From positions 20,460,001-20,524,000 of the forward strand of contig OX597819.1 of the NCBI GenBank assembly GCA_951406725.2: a stretch of DNA of 64,000 nucleotides. The letters are read 5' to 3'. Below are positions 1 through 13,757 of the stretch, piece by piece. This stretch comes from Octopus vulgaris (taxonomy: Eukaryota). Position 1 is the first letter of the stretch, and every line of letters starts with the position of its first letter. The notes below the pieces were generated by a model. It did not search any database. It was not told the DNA's origin and saw only the letters and a list, made by a program, of their open reading frames with translations. The translations under genes were made by a program, and so were the position numbers.

Positions 1-80
1 CCGGATTCGCCTTGAGCCAACTTGCTAGCGTCTTGTCGTCTTGGCGTCGTTCTCGAGTCTGACTGCCCTCGTCGATGCCG

Positions 81-125
81 CACGTGCGTTCTCTCGCTGA
101 CTTCCGCTTCCGCCCGCGCATGCGC
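81..125 (+). promoter_or_regulatory. Putative internal Pol II promoter motifs of the LINE 5' UTR
   Basis: CACGTG (81-86), tandem ETS-like ACTTCCGCTTCCG (100-112) and NRF1-like GCGCATGCGC (116-125) in CpG-rich sequence. Confidence 0.4.
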
Positions 126-1500
126 CCTGCGAGACCTGCAAGACCCACTTCCGCTCCCTCCCTCTCTGTCACACTCCCTCATCACCACACCACATCGAAC
201 CAAACACACCAATTTTACAAACTGCAGCCAACAACAACAACATCACCACAAGCAACAACAATAACAAAACAACAACAAATTTCGCTGAGGCGATTAAAGA
301 AAAAAAAACAACAATATATTTTACGGCTCAACAAATACAGGACACGAACATTAAAATAACAGAATCAGATGGTATAGTAAAAATAAACATACCAGAAGAC
401 ATTTTGGAAAATGAAAAAAGACGAACAATCATTTATAAAATAGTTAACAAAAAAACAAAAATCCCAGAGAAGGCTAACACAAGCAAAATAGAGAAGTGCT
501 TGAAACCCATCTGGGATCACAAAGAATATGTAACCTGGTGGAACAAATTTGCCCACATACAAGTTGTTTTCTACACCGAAGAGTTAGCTAGACATTTCTC
601 AACGCTAACTCTTCACTCAGATGAACTCCAACTTACACCAAGCTATCGGGGACAGAAAGTGACTAAGTTCACTCTAAACAATGTCCCCAAAATAGCCAAT
701 AGTCTATGGCTTGTAAAGGCCTTATGCGTAAAAATGGCGAATTATACTATTTTGGAAACCACAGTCACAGAGCATAAAAACTGGGTGGGAAAAAAAGTAG
801 AATTTCTTCTACATATACATCATGAAGATATAAAAAAAATACCCACCCAGATATGTGTATCAGACGACCACAAGTTATATGTGGTCGTCGATGGCAGAAG
901 ACCACGTTGCTACATATGCGGCAGTGAGCAACACCTAAAAAAGACTGCAAATCTGCCGCAAGAAAACAACAGCAACAACAACAGCAGCCGGAAACAAAAA
1001 CAAATAAACAAGGTTTACTACCCACACCACTTTTGCAGGAACAAACCTCACGAAACAAACAACCACACCAACTGCAGCACCAAGAACAGAAGCAGCATCA
1101 CCAACAACAACAACCAAGAATATACCAACTCCCAAACCAAGGACATCTGCCAAAAAGACACCCAGCAAAAATGAAGAAACAATTACAACTCCAAATCCCC
1201 ACAAAATTGAGACCCTAAACAACACAACAATACCTACAATCACTCAAACACAAAATACCCAAACCCCACCTCCAAAACCGCATACACCACAACCAAACGC
1301 TCACCAACCAACACCAACAACAAAACCAACACAGTCGAAAATAGACCCCAATATTTTCCCTCTTCCAGACTCCGATTCGTCTGATTTGTCATTAGACGAA
1401 GAAGACACGGAAGATTGGCAAATAGCCACAGGGGGGAGAAGAAAAAGGGGAAAAAAAAGAAAAGAAAAAATAACAAACAAATCGGGAAGATACACCATGG
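101..1500 (+). pseudogene. ORF1 (gag-like nucleic-acid-binding protein) of the Tx1-like LINE, frameshifted
   Basis: Frame of ORF 404..1174 is open from 101 and includes FAEAIKE at 281. Zinc knuckle RCYICGSEQHLKK is broken by a frameshift before the last Cys (~940). An acidic/basic tail (DEEDTEDWQIATGGRRKRGKK) lies at ~1395-1470. Confidence 0.75.
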
Positions 1501-4500
1501 GAACGTCTTGTCCTTTACTTTTAGTGGGGTATGGGAATGCCACCCTGGACACGCATCTAGACTACGTGGGCAGAGATAGCAATAGAAGGGGATGCAAATG
1601 CCTCAAAGACCTGCTCAGACGTTTCCAACTGTCTGACAGGTACCGACTGGACCACCCGAATGTGCCAATGTGGACATGGAGTAACCGCATCGGGTCGTCC
1701 AGATTATACTTAGATAGAGTATTCTGTAGGACAATAGATAAAAATAGTGTAGGTTGTCCACAATTTCATGCAGTCAGTTACACAGATCACAAGTTTGTGA
1801 CTTGTACACTTGACTTAGATAAGACACATAGGCAGGGTCCTGGTTACTGGAAACTGAACGCGTCTTTTACAGCACGACAGGTTTACAGGGACCGGATCAG
1901 CACATTAGTTAAGAGAGCTTTGACGGGTACCATCATCAACAACAGATGGTGGTATGCCCTAAAAAAAGCGATTAAAGCAGAATCAGTCAGATACAGTAGA
2001 GCCCTAGCATTATACCGAAATAGAATAGAGGGAGAATTAGTTAAGGTTTTAGAAGAGGCACTTAGAACTGGCATCGCGTCCAACGTGCTGGCGGCGAGAT
2101 TGGCCCTCGACCAACACCTCAACGCCAAACACGAGGGATGCGTTGTCAGAGCTAGGATGCGTGCTCTGAGGAACGAAGGAGTTGGAGCCGCCCAAGAGGC
2201 CCGAGTGGTGGAGACGCAACGAGGCAACAGAGCCACCATCAAGTCTCTTATAGATGAACAGGGGCGCGAATTGCTCGAGCCTAAAAGGATGTCTGGGGTT
2301 TTTCAACAACACTTCACCCAACTGTTTGGGACAAGTGGTGAGTCAGAAAGCAGAGTGGACTTTAGTGCCTACCTGCATGCCTTGCCACGACTCTCAGCAA
2401 GGGAGGTGGAGTCTTGTGAAAAGCCTATCACAGCTGCGGACGTACAGGATGCGATGGTAGGCTGCGCGAGAGACAAGTCACCAGGCTTGGATGGTCTCCC
2501 CTACGAATTTTATTTTCATATGCCAGACTTGTTTGGAGGCGTCTTGGCAGCTGTCTACTGCAACTGGCAGCAGAACGGGAGTATTCCTGCTTTTGTAAAG
2601 CGAGGAGCAGTGGCACTGATCAAGAAAGACCCAAACAAGGGGGACGTCATAGATAATTTCAGGCCCGTCACTCTGCTCAACGCAGATTTGAAAATTTTGG
2701 CCAAGGTGTTAGCCGAGAGGTTGGCGCTTGTCATCAAGAAACTAATCGACAAGGCGCAAACATGCGCCGTGCCGGGTAGAAGTATTCATGACAACCTCCA
2801 TCTGATGCGCTACATCATAGACAGGGTAGTTAAAAATCCTGGCATGGGTGGGGCGCTGATCAATTTGGATCAATCAAAAGCCTTCGATAGGATAGACCAT
2901 CACTACTTGGAGGCTGTCCTCAAAGCGGCTGGTTTCGGTCCAGTTTTCCGCGGTTGGATCGCTGCCTTATACAGCGGCATCCGCTCAGTAGTTCGCGTAA
3001 ATGGTCATCTATCCAGACCTTTTAACATCATGCGTTCGGTTCGTCAGGGATGCCCCCTCTCATCGCTGCTGTATGTACTGACTCTTGAGCCACTACTGCG
3101 GAAACTGGCGACGCTGAGGGGCATCCCACGAGAGCTGGGATGCGGGAGGAGCGTGTCTGCATACGCGGATGACGTCACCGTCATAGTGTCGAGCTACGAG
3201 CACATCGAGCTGGTCGGCGAGACACTGAAAGAATACGAAGCGGTAACGGGAGCAAAAATTAACCGGGAAAAGTCAGTGGGCTTGCGGCTCGGCACCTGGA
3301 GAAGCAAGCCCATGCCGTCCAACAGCGTCTCCATCGTGGGACGCTGGACGGACGGACCGGTTAAATTGCTCGGGGTCTGGTTCGGTCCGGACCTCCAAAT
3401 GGAGAAGAACTGGGGCGAGATAACGACTAGGGTGGCTACTCTCACCCAAAAATGGACTGAGAGAAAGCTATCTCTAAAAGGTCGGGCGGAGGTGGCGAAC
3501 GCGTACATCGCATCCGTCATCGAGTATCGTCTGACCGTCGTGCCTTGTCCCGACCCTACCATCACCAAACTGGAACGCATACTCTTCCGCTTCTTGTGGA
3601 AGGGAAACGTTCCGATGGTTAGGCGATCCATTTGCTGTCAACACCCGCTAAATGGAGGGCTGGGCATGCCGTGGTTGATGATGCGCAGACATGCGCTGAG
3701 ACTGCGACATCTCCGGCGCTTCATAGACAACGGTGAACAGGGGTGGTCGCCTTTTGTGCGGCGCGCTTTCCCGCAGCTCGTCTCCTTGGACGAACTACAG
3801 TCATGGATCAAGCAGAGACCGAGGCTAGGCGAATGGCACCGCGAGTGTCGCGTTGCTCTCAAGCAACTCTGCCGTCCGGGATCGAACTTGTGCGACTCCA
3901 TCACAACAAAGGCATTCTATAGCGGATTAGTGGAGGGGAGGTGCGACGACGAACTCGGGCAGAGTCTGGGCGTCGACGAGGAACACCTGACCCGCCTGTT
4001 CAGGACAACTTTCGGGCCGGGACCCATGAACAATCACCAAAGATCCCTGGCCTGGCAGTGCTATCGAGAAGCATTACCTGTTCGGGATAAGCTCTACAGA
4101 CACGGTTCCAGACACACTGGACCGACTTGCCCGAGATGCGGTCAGAGCGACGAAACCGTTCTGCACGCACTCGTGCAATGTCCAACCATTTCCGACCTGT
4201 GGGCTTATGCCGAACGGCTGTTGTCACGTGTGGGATGAATCCGCCTATCGGCCGAGTGTATGGTGTGAGTTGCTCCGCCCCCTTCCCTCAACCGGGAAGG
4301 CAAGGCAGTTTTCATCGTACTGGTGGCCATGGTGAAAGAATGTGTGTGGTGGACTCGAGCGAAAGGATTAGAGACAAACACTTACCTCTCTGGCCAATCG
4401 CTCATCATCTTTTCAAGTACCACTTGAAAAGGAAGGTGAGAATGGAGAGGAAGTTTTGTCTCGCGAAAGATTCAAAAAAAGATGGGTGAATGTTGCAAAG

Positions 4501-4545
4501 ATGGTGCGTGCTAGTAACGAAACCATTTTGAGCATGATCCTGTAG
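1386..4545 (+). pseudogene. ORF2: truncated APE endonuclease, reverse transcriptase and C-terminal CCHC finger
   Basis: ORF 1386..4238 has EN motifs YLDRVF and TDH, RT motifs KSPGLDG, NFRPVTLLNADLKILAK, LDQSKAFD, VRQGCPLS, YADD, and CPRCGQSDETVLHALVQC. Premature TGA at 4236; a frameshifted continuation appears to run to ~4545. Confidence 0.93.
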
Positions 4546-4846
4546 ATCGTAAAAAAGAAAGAAAGAGAGCATTTTTGATCTCATGTGGTTATTTCCTCCT
4601 GACTGGGGTTCCCGTGGTCTTTTCTGTAGGCTTTTCTTCCCACGGATGAACCCAATCTTGTTATATCAATGTTTACATCATTATTTCTGTGATACACGAT
4701 TTCCTTTTTTTTCCTTTTTTTCCTCCTCTCGATCCCTTTTGATCGCAATCTTACTTTTTTTTTTTTTTTTCCACCCTCGAAAAGAAAAGCTCTGCATTTG
4801 TATTTGTCCCCTCTGTATTCAGCCCTGTGTGGCTAATAAAAGAAAG

Positions 4847-4892
4847 TTATCTATCTATCTAAATCTATCTAAATAAATATCTATCTATTTAT

Positions 4893-4956
<64 letters not shown>

Positions 4957-5040
4957 ATATATATATATATATATATCTATCTATCTATATATATATATAT
5001 ATATATATATTTATCTATTTATCTATCTATCTATCAATCC

Positions 5041-5077
<37 letters not shown>

Positions 5078-5119
5078 CCTATCTATCTATCTATCTATTT
5101 ATCTATCTATCTATTTATC

Positions 5120-5150
<31 letters not shown>

Positions 5151-5196
5151 TTATATATATATCTATCTATTTATCTATCTATCTATCGATCGATCG

Positions 5197-5270
<74 letters not shown>

Positions 5271-5290
5271 TTATTTATTTATTTATTCTT
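4847..5290. repeat. (TATC)n / (TA)n compound microsatellite
   Basis: Direct inspection. Confidence 0.97.
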
Positions 5291-5533
5291 CCATCTCTCC
5301 GTACATGCATGACGGTTTTAAATCCAATGATTGAACTACCAAATTTCCAACGGCGATGGCTTGTTTCCTCTGCTGAAGTCTTGTGGAGAAGCAGCAATGA
5401 TTTTTGGAAATGTTGATAACAGAAATTTAGAATTTAGAGCTGCGTATCATTGTTACGGCTTGAAGATTAAATACGTACTCAGGTACCAAACAATTGCTTT
5501 CTATGCCCTCGCACACGCACATACGCACACACT

Positions 5534-5564
<31 letters not shown>

Positions 5565-5799
5565 CCACACACGCACGTACACACACTCATACACACAAAA
5601 AGAAAAACAAATGCGCACACACACATATATATGCCATGTAACTGGATCGTTGTTGACATTGTGAGTTCATCCGCCCATTGAAAGGTTTTGTGTTTCATCT
5701 ATCTTAATAAACAACCTGCAAAATATCGGAAACTGGATTGCAATTACGGGCAACAATGAATGAGCAAGGTATATGTATGTGAATATGTATAAAGGTTTT

Positions 5800-6057
5800 T
5801 AAAAAATAAATGCGCCCGTTTAATGCCTAGCCAGTCTCATGGGCCCGGTTTCCCGGTTTCAATGGCGTATGTGTTCCCCCAGCTGGACGTATCGCCAGTC
5901 CATCGCAGCGTTACTCATTTTTGCCATCTTAGTTGACTGGAGCAACGTGTAATGAAGTGTTTTGCTCAAGAATACATCGCGTCGCCCGGTCTAGGAATCG
6001 AAACCACAATCTTACGAACATGATGCTGACACCCTAACCACTAAGCCACGCGCCTCC
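5800..6057 (-). mobile_element. tRNA-derived CORE-like SINE
   Basis: Minus strand: GGAGGCGCGTGGCTTAGTGG (A box), GTTTCGATTCC (B box), then TTCTTGAGCAAAACACTT...GCTCCAGT, resembling the MIR/CORE domain. Head and core shared with 40462-40797. Confidence 0.85.
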
Positions 6058-7612
6058 ACATGTATATATGTATAATATATATTTAATACATAATATATAC
6101 GTAATATAAATATGTGTCCATATATGCGTGTGTATGTGGGTATCATACCCCATGTTGTATCCATATATATTTATGGTTGAACGATTTTCTTAAGTAAATT
6201 GAGCCATTGGAATATTCCATGTGTTTATCTTCTACTCGCAATTTTAGTGGGAAATGCTTGAAATATTCAAGCTTGATTAACATCGTGTGTCATTAATCAA
6301 TGTCTGTAGCTTTCCATTCTTGGAAATAGTGTCGAATTCTTAATCCATACCGCAGAAAGTAAATGATATGACCTTAATTTCAACGATGACAATTTTCAAC
6401 TCCGAATTCGCATGTCCATTCCTTTTATAATCTGTTTTTCAAATAACAAATTAATTAAATTTCAGACATTTTTCAAATCCTAACATTAAGGTGTCAGCTT
6501 TTATTTGAATCGAAATATTTTGTTTTGAATTTATATTTTCCCTCAAAACTTTTACATTTTAACATTTTTGTCTTTTTCTACTTTAAAATTCAATCAATGT
6601 TGTCATTTCATGTTCCAATTCAGTTTAGAATTCAATTTCACAAAATCATTCAGCGCCCAATTTCGTCTAAGGGGCTCAACACTATATGAGCCTTCTGAAC
6701 CAATTTTCTATTACTGCTGATGGAAGAAAACTTGAAACGCATATCCCTAAATTTATATTCAAGTTGGGTTAATACTATGTCAGTTCTGATAATATTGACG
6801 TAGGATCCAGAGCACTCCATCCATGTGAAACTATTCATCTTTTAGAAAATTACTATTTTTAAATCTCACGACGAGAGATATTCAGCAACAAAGCTTTGGA
6901 GTAAAGATTTTTGTCAATATAACATGGATGTCCTGGTTTAGGACGAATGTTGCTGTAATCTAGCCAAACAATTGTTCTGTGCTGTTCAAACGAAATACGC
7001 CCACCAGAATGTACAAGTTATTTGGCGAAAAAAAAAACGCCACACAGCATCTTACTCTAAAGAGGTTATCAAAGAATTCTCAGTTCATCGTTATGGCGAT
7101 GAGAACATAATATTTTTGCTCGCTTGAGCGAGCCTTAATTTAAAGCCGCCAAGGCAGACGAAATCGCCCCTTAGCCAGGCAGAAGCCTACTGAAAAAAGG
7201 AAACGCACAGTAAATTCCTACTCAGCTCGGAGGACAAAATCGACTAACCTTGACAATTTTTCATTTTTGTTCTTTTTTTCTATTCACGGAGCCAAAGCTC
7301 GGGTCTTCACTCTGGAAGGACAAAGCCAACTTGTGTTACATGCTGGGTAAGCAAGCTACATTTATTCATTTCCTTTGCCATAGAGGCAGTACAAAAATGG
7401 GTAGCTTTGCGCGCTGGACAAGACATTGATGAGACGAATGAAAATAATACAAGATGATAAGGATGGGAGAAGACAGAAAGCGCCCGCCGACCCTCTACTT
7501 CTCTGTTTTAATAAGACAGATCTTGAGGTAATGATCCTCTTACAATTTACCATATGCAAAACAAAGTGGAAAAACAACGTGGATACCAGAGGTAGAGTAA
7601 TATACTTAATGA

Positions 7613-8071
7613 AGAAGCAACAAAAATATTACGAAATGTGTTACTGAGAGTTTCACGTCCCCGTTCTTCGGACGGTTTTGTTTAAAATGAAGCAAGATAG
7701 AGTTAGATGCAGAAATACAATTAGTTTAATAGATACACATTTCAAAATGGTTTTCTTTCATTGGTTCTTTCAACTAAGCATCTTTTCAATAACCGTTTGC
7801 ATAAATAACAAATCGCGGTTTAAAATAATATTTTTATAAAAATCGAAGAAAACCTTAAATCAAAAATAGCTTATAAAGCAAAAAAGGGCCTTTAATGTTA
7901 CATGCAGAAAAGAACTTTAGTTGAAAGAACCAATCAAACAGACCCATTTACTCATGTGTATCTATCAAAGCAATTGTATTTCTGCATATACCTCCACTCT
8001 AAACAAGACTGTTAGACGAACGGGAACGTGAAACACTGACTAACTGTTTTTGTGATATTTTTGCTGCTTCT
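7613..8071. mobile_element. Inverted-repeat element of probable PLE origin, with a hammerhead relic in each arm
   Basis: Arms 7613-7777 and 7917-8071 are imperfect reverse complements. Each has N3-GANGA/ACG-loop-CGT/GAAAC...TA. Right end abuts (TA)n. Confidence 0.7.
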
Positions 8072-8086
8072 AATAATATATATATA

Positions 8087-8152
<66 letters not shown>

Positions 8153-8691
8153 CATATATATGTATATATGTATGCATGCATGCATTCGTGTATGTATGTA
8201 TTTATATATGTGTTTGTCAGTATGTTTTTTGTCCGCTGGGTTAATATTTGTTTACGTATGTATTTACATGTACGTATGCATTTAAGCATATTCCACATGC
8301 ATATGTGTGAATATGTATTACCTAATATTAAATCAACTCTCAAGTCATATTGCAAGAAGCCAAATGAGAAAAGCAAAACAAAAAGCTCCTTTCTATGAGT
8401 ACTGAGCGTTTGTCCTTAGCGAAACCATATTCATAATGCCCATTACGTTAACATCACCAGTTCAGTTTCCGTCGACACTCAAAAGATTAGCAGCGGAATA
8501 CGTCTTTCCTCAGTTTTCTCTTTATTGCTTGATACTTCTCAAACCGAAAGAGGTTATGACTTAAAAGTGACACAAGAATTCGTAAATGCAATATGTATAA
8601 CAAGAGATGGCTAATGATATGCTGAAATCCCAGGCATAATCATCCATGAAAAAGATTTGCACATCCCTGTATACAGACACTGGCTTGCAAA

Positions 8692-8985
<294 letters not shown>

Positions 8986-9899
8986 TATCGTTACAAACGC
9001 AGTTATCATGCATATATGCATAGATATATGTGTGTATGTATGTGTATGTGTGTTTCTATTTGTTTAGGTACGGAAACGTGTGTATATGTACGCTTGTGTG
9101 ATTGCGTACATGCGTTTGACTGTTTAAAGATAGACCCCCACCTAGAACAAAATCAAACAATGATTGAGTTCAATACGTTTGTTTAGGAACAACTTCTCGC
9201 CTTTATCAGACAGTTCAATACTTCACAGTAAGGGCTGTTACCCGCCCCTGCGATTTGAAAATATATATTTATATATTGAATTTATGTGTATACACATAAG
9301 TATAGAACCGCAGGCTTTTTCACATAAACATGTGCAAACTACATGCATAAGTACACGCACACATACACATACAATTTTCTGCTTATATACATAAAGTAGA
9401 TAATGATACTGTAGACAATATAATAGACTGATACGAGGTTTGAATAGATCTCAGTCATTTATTTGATTTGATTTGTAAATGTGACAATATTTGATATGGA
9501 CAAGAAATGAAATGCCATAACTAATCATGGCCGCTAGCGAAGATGCTGATATGTTTGATAACAGAAGCCTTTTGAATTTCCGTTTTATTCCATAAACAAA
9601 TGGATTTTCAGATAGCTTTGCCTCTTTCTGTCTTATTGACTATGACGTCCGACTGTAATGGCCGTTAAAGATAGACGCATTTCGTTGAAGCTAAAACTTT
9701 GCTAAAAGTACCGGAGAAGCAATCATGCATCTTCTATAATGTGTAGTGCGATTGCAAGGGGAATTTTCATCGATTTCTCTGACATGAAGCAACATTTGTT
9801 GTCAACGGTCAAGAAGATTTCAAGTTATCATTGACTATATGTTGATAGTGTGGTTGTTTAACCCTGGGATAATTCCAATTGGGAAAATCTTTGTAACAG

Positions 9900-10620
9900 T
9901 TGTTCCAGAACAAACAAAGCAGGATTCGTAGTGTGTTTCTGAGACCGACTTCCTTTTTTTTTTATTTAAATATTTCGGTTGGTAATTAAGAATTATGGAG
10001 AACCCATTTGCAGCAGATCTAGTATTTATGCAAATGATTTCTCAGTAGTTAATTGTCTATTGCTATTGTTATTGTTGGTCGTGGTGATTGTTTTAGCCCT
10101 GTATCATTCTTGATGAACTAGGCTTATAAACCAAAATCTCTAGTCAAAACACTTACTAGAATGCAATCTCTAGGAAGATGCTTTCCCCCTAACAAACCTG
10201 CACATCTTGTCGTTAAATATATCCTGACTGAATATATAACTCACTAACTATAATGATTTCTTGAACAATCGCTAAAACGCCGATTCATACCAGTAAGAAT
10301 ATCCACTTACAATCACTTCTCTCCGGATATACGTTTCTATGTGGCAGCTTCTAGTATATTCTGCGTAAAGCAGGATAAACTTTGATCATAGTGATATTTG
10401 GTCTGCAGATTCCCTGCTTTAATCAGGCGGATGGGTCGTATCTATTTTGCACATAATACTTTGTATTTGATGATTTTAAAGCAGACAACAAAGTGAAAGT
10501 TTCTCCAGAAATTCACAGGCATTTATGGCAGGTATCGAGTTCAAGGAAAATAGCATAAAGCTTCCCGCTTTCGTATTGCAAATGTTCAAATCAAGTGTAG
10601 ATGCATATCATCTGCTGACA
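9900..10620 (-). mobile_element. Highly degraded LINE (CR1/L2-like) RT relic
   Basis: Minus strand near 10620 reads SADDMHL (YADD-like). The rest is only weakly RT-like and the boundaries are uncertain. Confidence 0.3.
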
Positions 10621-11531
10621 ATATCACAATCTCTTTTTAAATTATGCATAATAAAATAAGAAAGAATATAAATTACAAAAATGTTACGAGCCCTATGACT
10701 AAACTAGAAAGATAAAATAAGTTTAGCACGCGTCTAATACAATAGCAATCGCATCAGCGATGTCTGACGAAGAATGACGATAATATTATATAAAAATATG
10801 GTAGGGTGAGGTGATACAATATTGTTATTGGAAAAATTACAAAATGTTCAATGGAAAAGCAATGTTAGTGTTAGGACTATCTACCAAAATCAATTCTCCT
10901 GTCTGTTATTTAATATCTTTACAGAGACAAGTATTAAAATTCCTGTAAGGGATTATTGATCAAATCAGACGTCGTTTTAATAGGAGGATTATCCAAGTTA
11001 CTAACTAATCCGATTTATCAAAATTCTTATTTAAAACAAAAATAGGATCTAATGAAAAAGAAGAAAAAGTTTAAACAAAAGAGATTGAGTGTGGTCACTA
11101 GAAATGGCAGCCAAATACTTCTGAAATTACACTGTATCACGTTTGCAGAACATATTATGTAATGCAAAGTTACATCGGTCTATAAACAACATGTGTGCCT
11201 GATGTGGGTATATATATATATATATGTATGTATCTATGTGTAAGCATACAAAGATATATAAGTTGGTCATTTGCATATACAGAACAAAAGCATATGTGAC
11301 AGTATATGTATACAAGTTGGTCCAAAATATACAAGTCATATTTAAGGCCTGAAATGTGTCCGAATAATAGTGTCTTCTCCTTTCTCCATTGAAGAATAAT
11401 TAAAATATTTATAAATATTTCAAGTGTTGTTATGTTTTTAAATATTTAAAGAGAGATGGATAGACAGATAGAGAGATACAAGTATCCATCTAGCCATATA
11501 TACATTCAAATATATATATATATATCTGTAT

Positions 11532-11611
<80 letters not shown>

Positions 11612-11695
11612 GCACATATACTAGTTTCCCGTTTTCTCCTTGTTTTGTCTCTGTTCAACCCTTGATACATCCATATAGTGCAACGCGCGCCCTGT

Positions 11696-12064
11696 TTACT
11701 CTTTTACTCTTTTACTTGTTTCAATTATTTGATTGTGGCCATGCGGGATCACCGCCTTTAGTCGACCAAATCGAACCCATGACATATTCTATCGTTCTCT
11801 TAAGCCGAACCGCTAAGTTACAGGGACGTAAACACACCTGCCGTCGGTTGTCAAGCGATGTTGTGGGGACAAACACAGACACACAAACATATATATAAAC
11901 ATGCATGCATACGACAGGCTTCTTTCAGTTTCCGTCTAACAAATCCACTCACAAGGCTTTCGTCGGCTCGAGGCTATAGTAGAAGACAATTGCGCAAGTT
12001 GCCATGAAGTGGGACTGAACCCGTAACCATATGATACGTAATCAAGCTAACCACACAGCCACTC
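11696..12064 (-). mobile_element. tRNA-derived SINE with (AAAAGAGT)n tail
   Basis: Paralogous to 43097-43504: GAGTGGCTGTGTGG head, GGTTCAGTCCC B box, GCCTTGTGAGTGGATTTG..AGACGGAAACTGAAAGAAGCC body, internal (TA/TG)n. Confidence 0.88.
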
Positions 12065-12918
12065 TATCTATGCTCTTACTCTAACTCTTTCCACCTCTAC
12101 TCTTTCTCCATCCCTTCTCCTTACTCTCTCTCTGTCTCCCTTTCTTTTCGTTCTTTCTAAAGCTCTGTCTCCCTCTCTTTCCCTCTTACTCTCTCTCTTA
12201 CTACCTCTACTGCTTTTCTATGATTTTCTCCACTCTTACCCTCTCTTTTCGCCCTTGTCTGCCTCCCTAGTACCTTTCTCTTCTCTCTCTGTTCTTCTAA
12301 TCCCTCTATTCCTCCTCTCTCTCTCTCTGCCACCCTTATTTCCTTCTCTCTATAATTCTTCCCTACCAACTGACTGGTGTCCGGTGAAGGCTCTGTGGGT
12401 TCTTTCTCGCCTGACTTCGACGAGAATCGTCAAGCAGGTATGGTCTTCGGCCACATCCGCCAGGACTTACTCCATTTGAACTTTGCGCAACCCCACTAAG
12501 TTCGTTCGATGTCTACAAAGCTCCTTCTGAGATATTTTTGGTATATATATAATTTTTTTTCCTCAGTATCCATTCGTTAGCATTTATCCAGTAGATTGAT
12601 AAAAGCACTGGCGCCTGCAAAATTACCCGGTCTGAATGGTCATGGTGTGTCCTTGATTCAGAAGGAAAACTTACCCATAAATATACCTTGTATCGTGTCT
12701 TTGTCCAAAATTCCCGCCCGTTACATTTTCGTCTAATTCCCCGTTGTATTCTTGTGTTCTGTCTGTTCAACACTTGATTCATCCATTAGCGTAACGCACA
12801 CCATGTTTGTTTACTTTACATATATACATATCTATGTGTGTGTATATAGGTGTATGTAGATATATATATATATATATACATACATATAATACATACATAT
12901 AAAGGAAAATAAAGCAAT

Positions 12919-12972
<54 letters not shown>

Positions 12973-13235
12973 ATATATGTATATATGTATGTATATATGA
13001 TGATGTATGTATATATTCGAAGGCATAAAGGGCAATAGGATATTAATCATAAAACAGCTTACTGCTCATTTCTGTGGACGTTGGTTAGGGAGTTTGATAG
13101 GTTTTTGAAAGTACAATCAACTGTCACAACACTCTATATATAAATCAAGGAAATGAAAGTTATTGCAAAAACAATGTCGATTCAACTTGACGTTAGTGCT
13201 TGCGCTTATGCGTATGTTTGTATTTTTTATGTGCT

Positions 13236-13276
<41 letters not shown>

Positions 13277-13401
13277 ATATGTGAGTGTGCGTGTGTCTGT
13301 GTTTGTGTTGGTTGTGTATGTTTCTGTGCGCCTATGTGTGTTTCTGTGTGTGTATGTGCGAAGCTTTCGCAGTATTCAAGTGCAGGTTGACTTGTATTTT
13401 G

Positions 13402-13757
13402 TACTAGCAGTATCACCCGGCGCTGCTCGGGTTTGTTTCGACCGTTTAGAATTGGAATTTTGCATTATGTAGCTTGTTATTCTCTTTAAGTGAACATTTT
13501 TCTGGTTGAAATACACGGAAAAAATCGTAAAAAAAAGGGATTTTCATAGAAAAAAAACACCTTTTTGATGTAAATGATTTTCAGTCTTCACATGGTCCGA
13601 TTTGAATTTTTTCTTCTACGGAAGGAGCAAGCCTTCTTCTATCATACTCTCAATTTTGGTTAACTTGCGCCGCAGGGTCTCGGAGGAGATAGTGTTAGTT
13701 GAAGGCTACCAAACCTGCCATACACAGACAACGTTAGCTTCATATACAGAGAGATAA
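13402..13757 (+). mobile_element. Non-autonomous Helitron/Helentron-like (Lep1/DINE-style) element
   Basis: Starts TACTAGCAGTATCACCCGGCGCTGCTCGGG (ACTAG plus GC hairpin) and ends ACACAGACAAC...CTTCATATACAGAGAGAT, the usual terminal layout of such elements. Confidence 0.55.

Larger units (their letters stand above)
1..4846 (+). mobile_element. L1/Tx1-like non-LTR retrotransposon, near full length, internally deleted and frameshifted
   Basis: GC-rich 5' end, gag-like ORF1, EN-RT-CCHC ORF2, T-rich 3' UTR with AATAAA at ~4835, then directly a (TATC)n array. The 5' end may lie outside the window. Confidence 0.92.
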
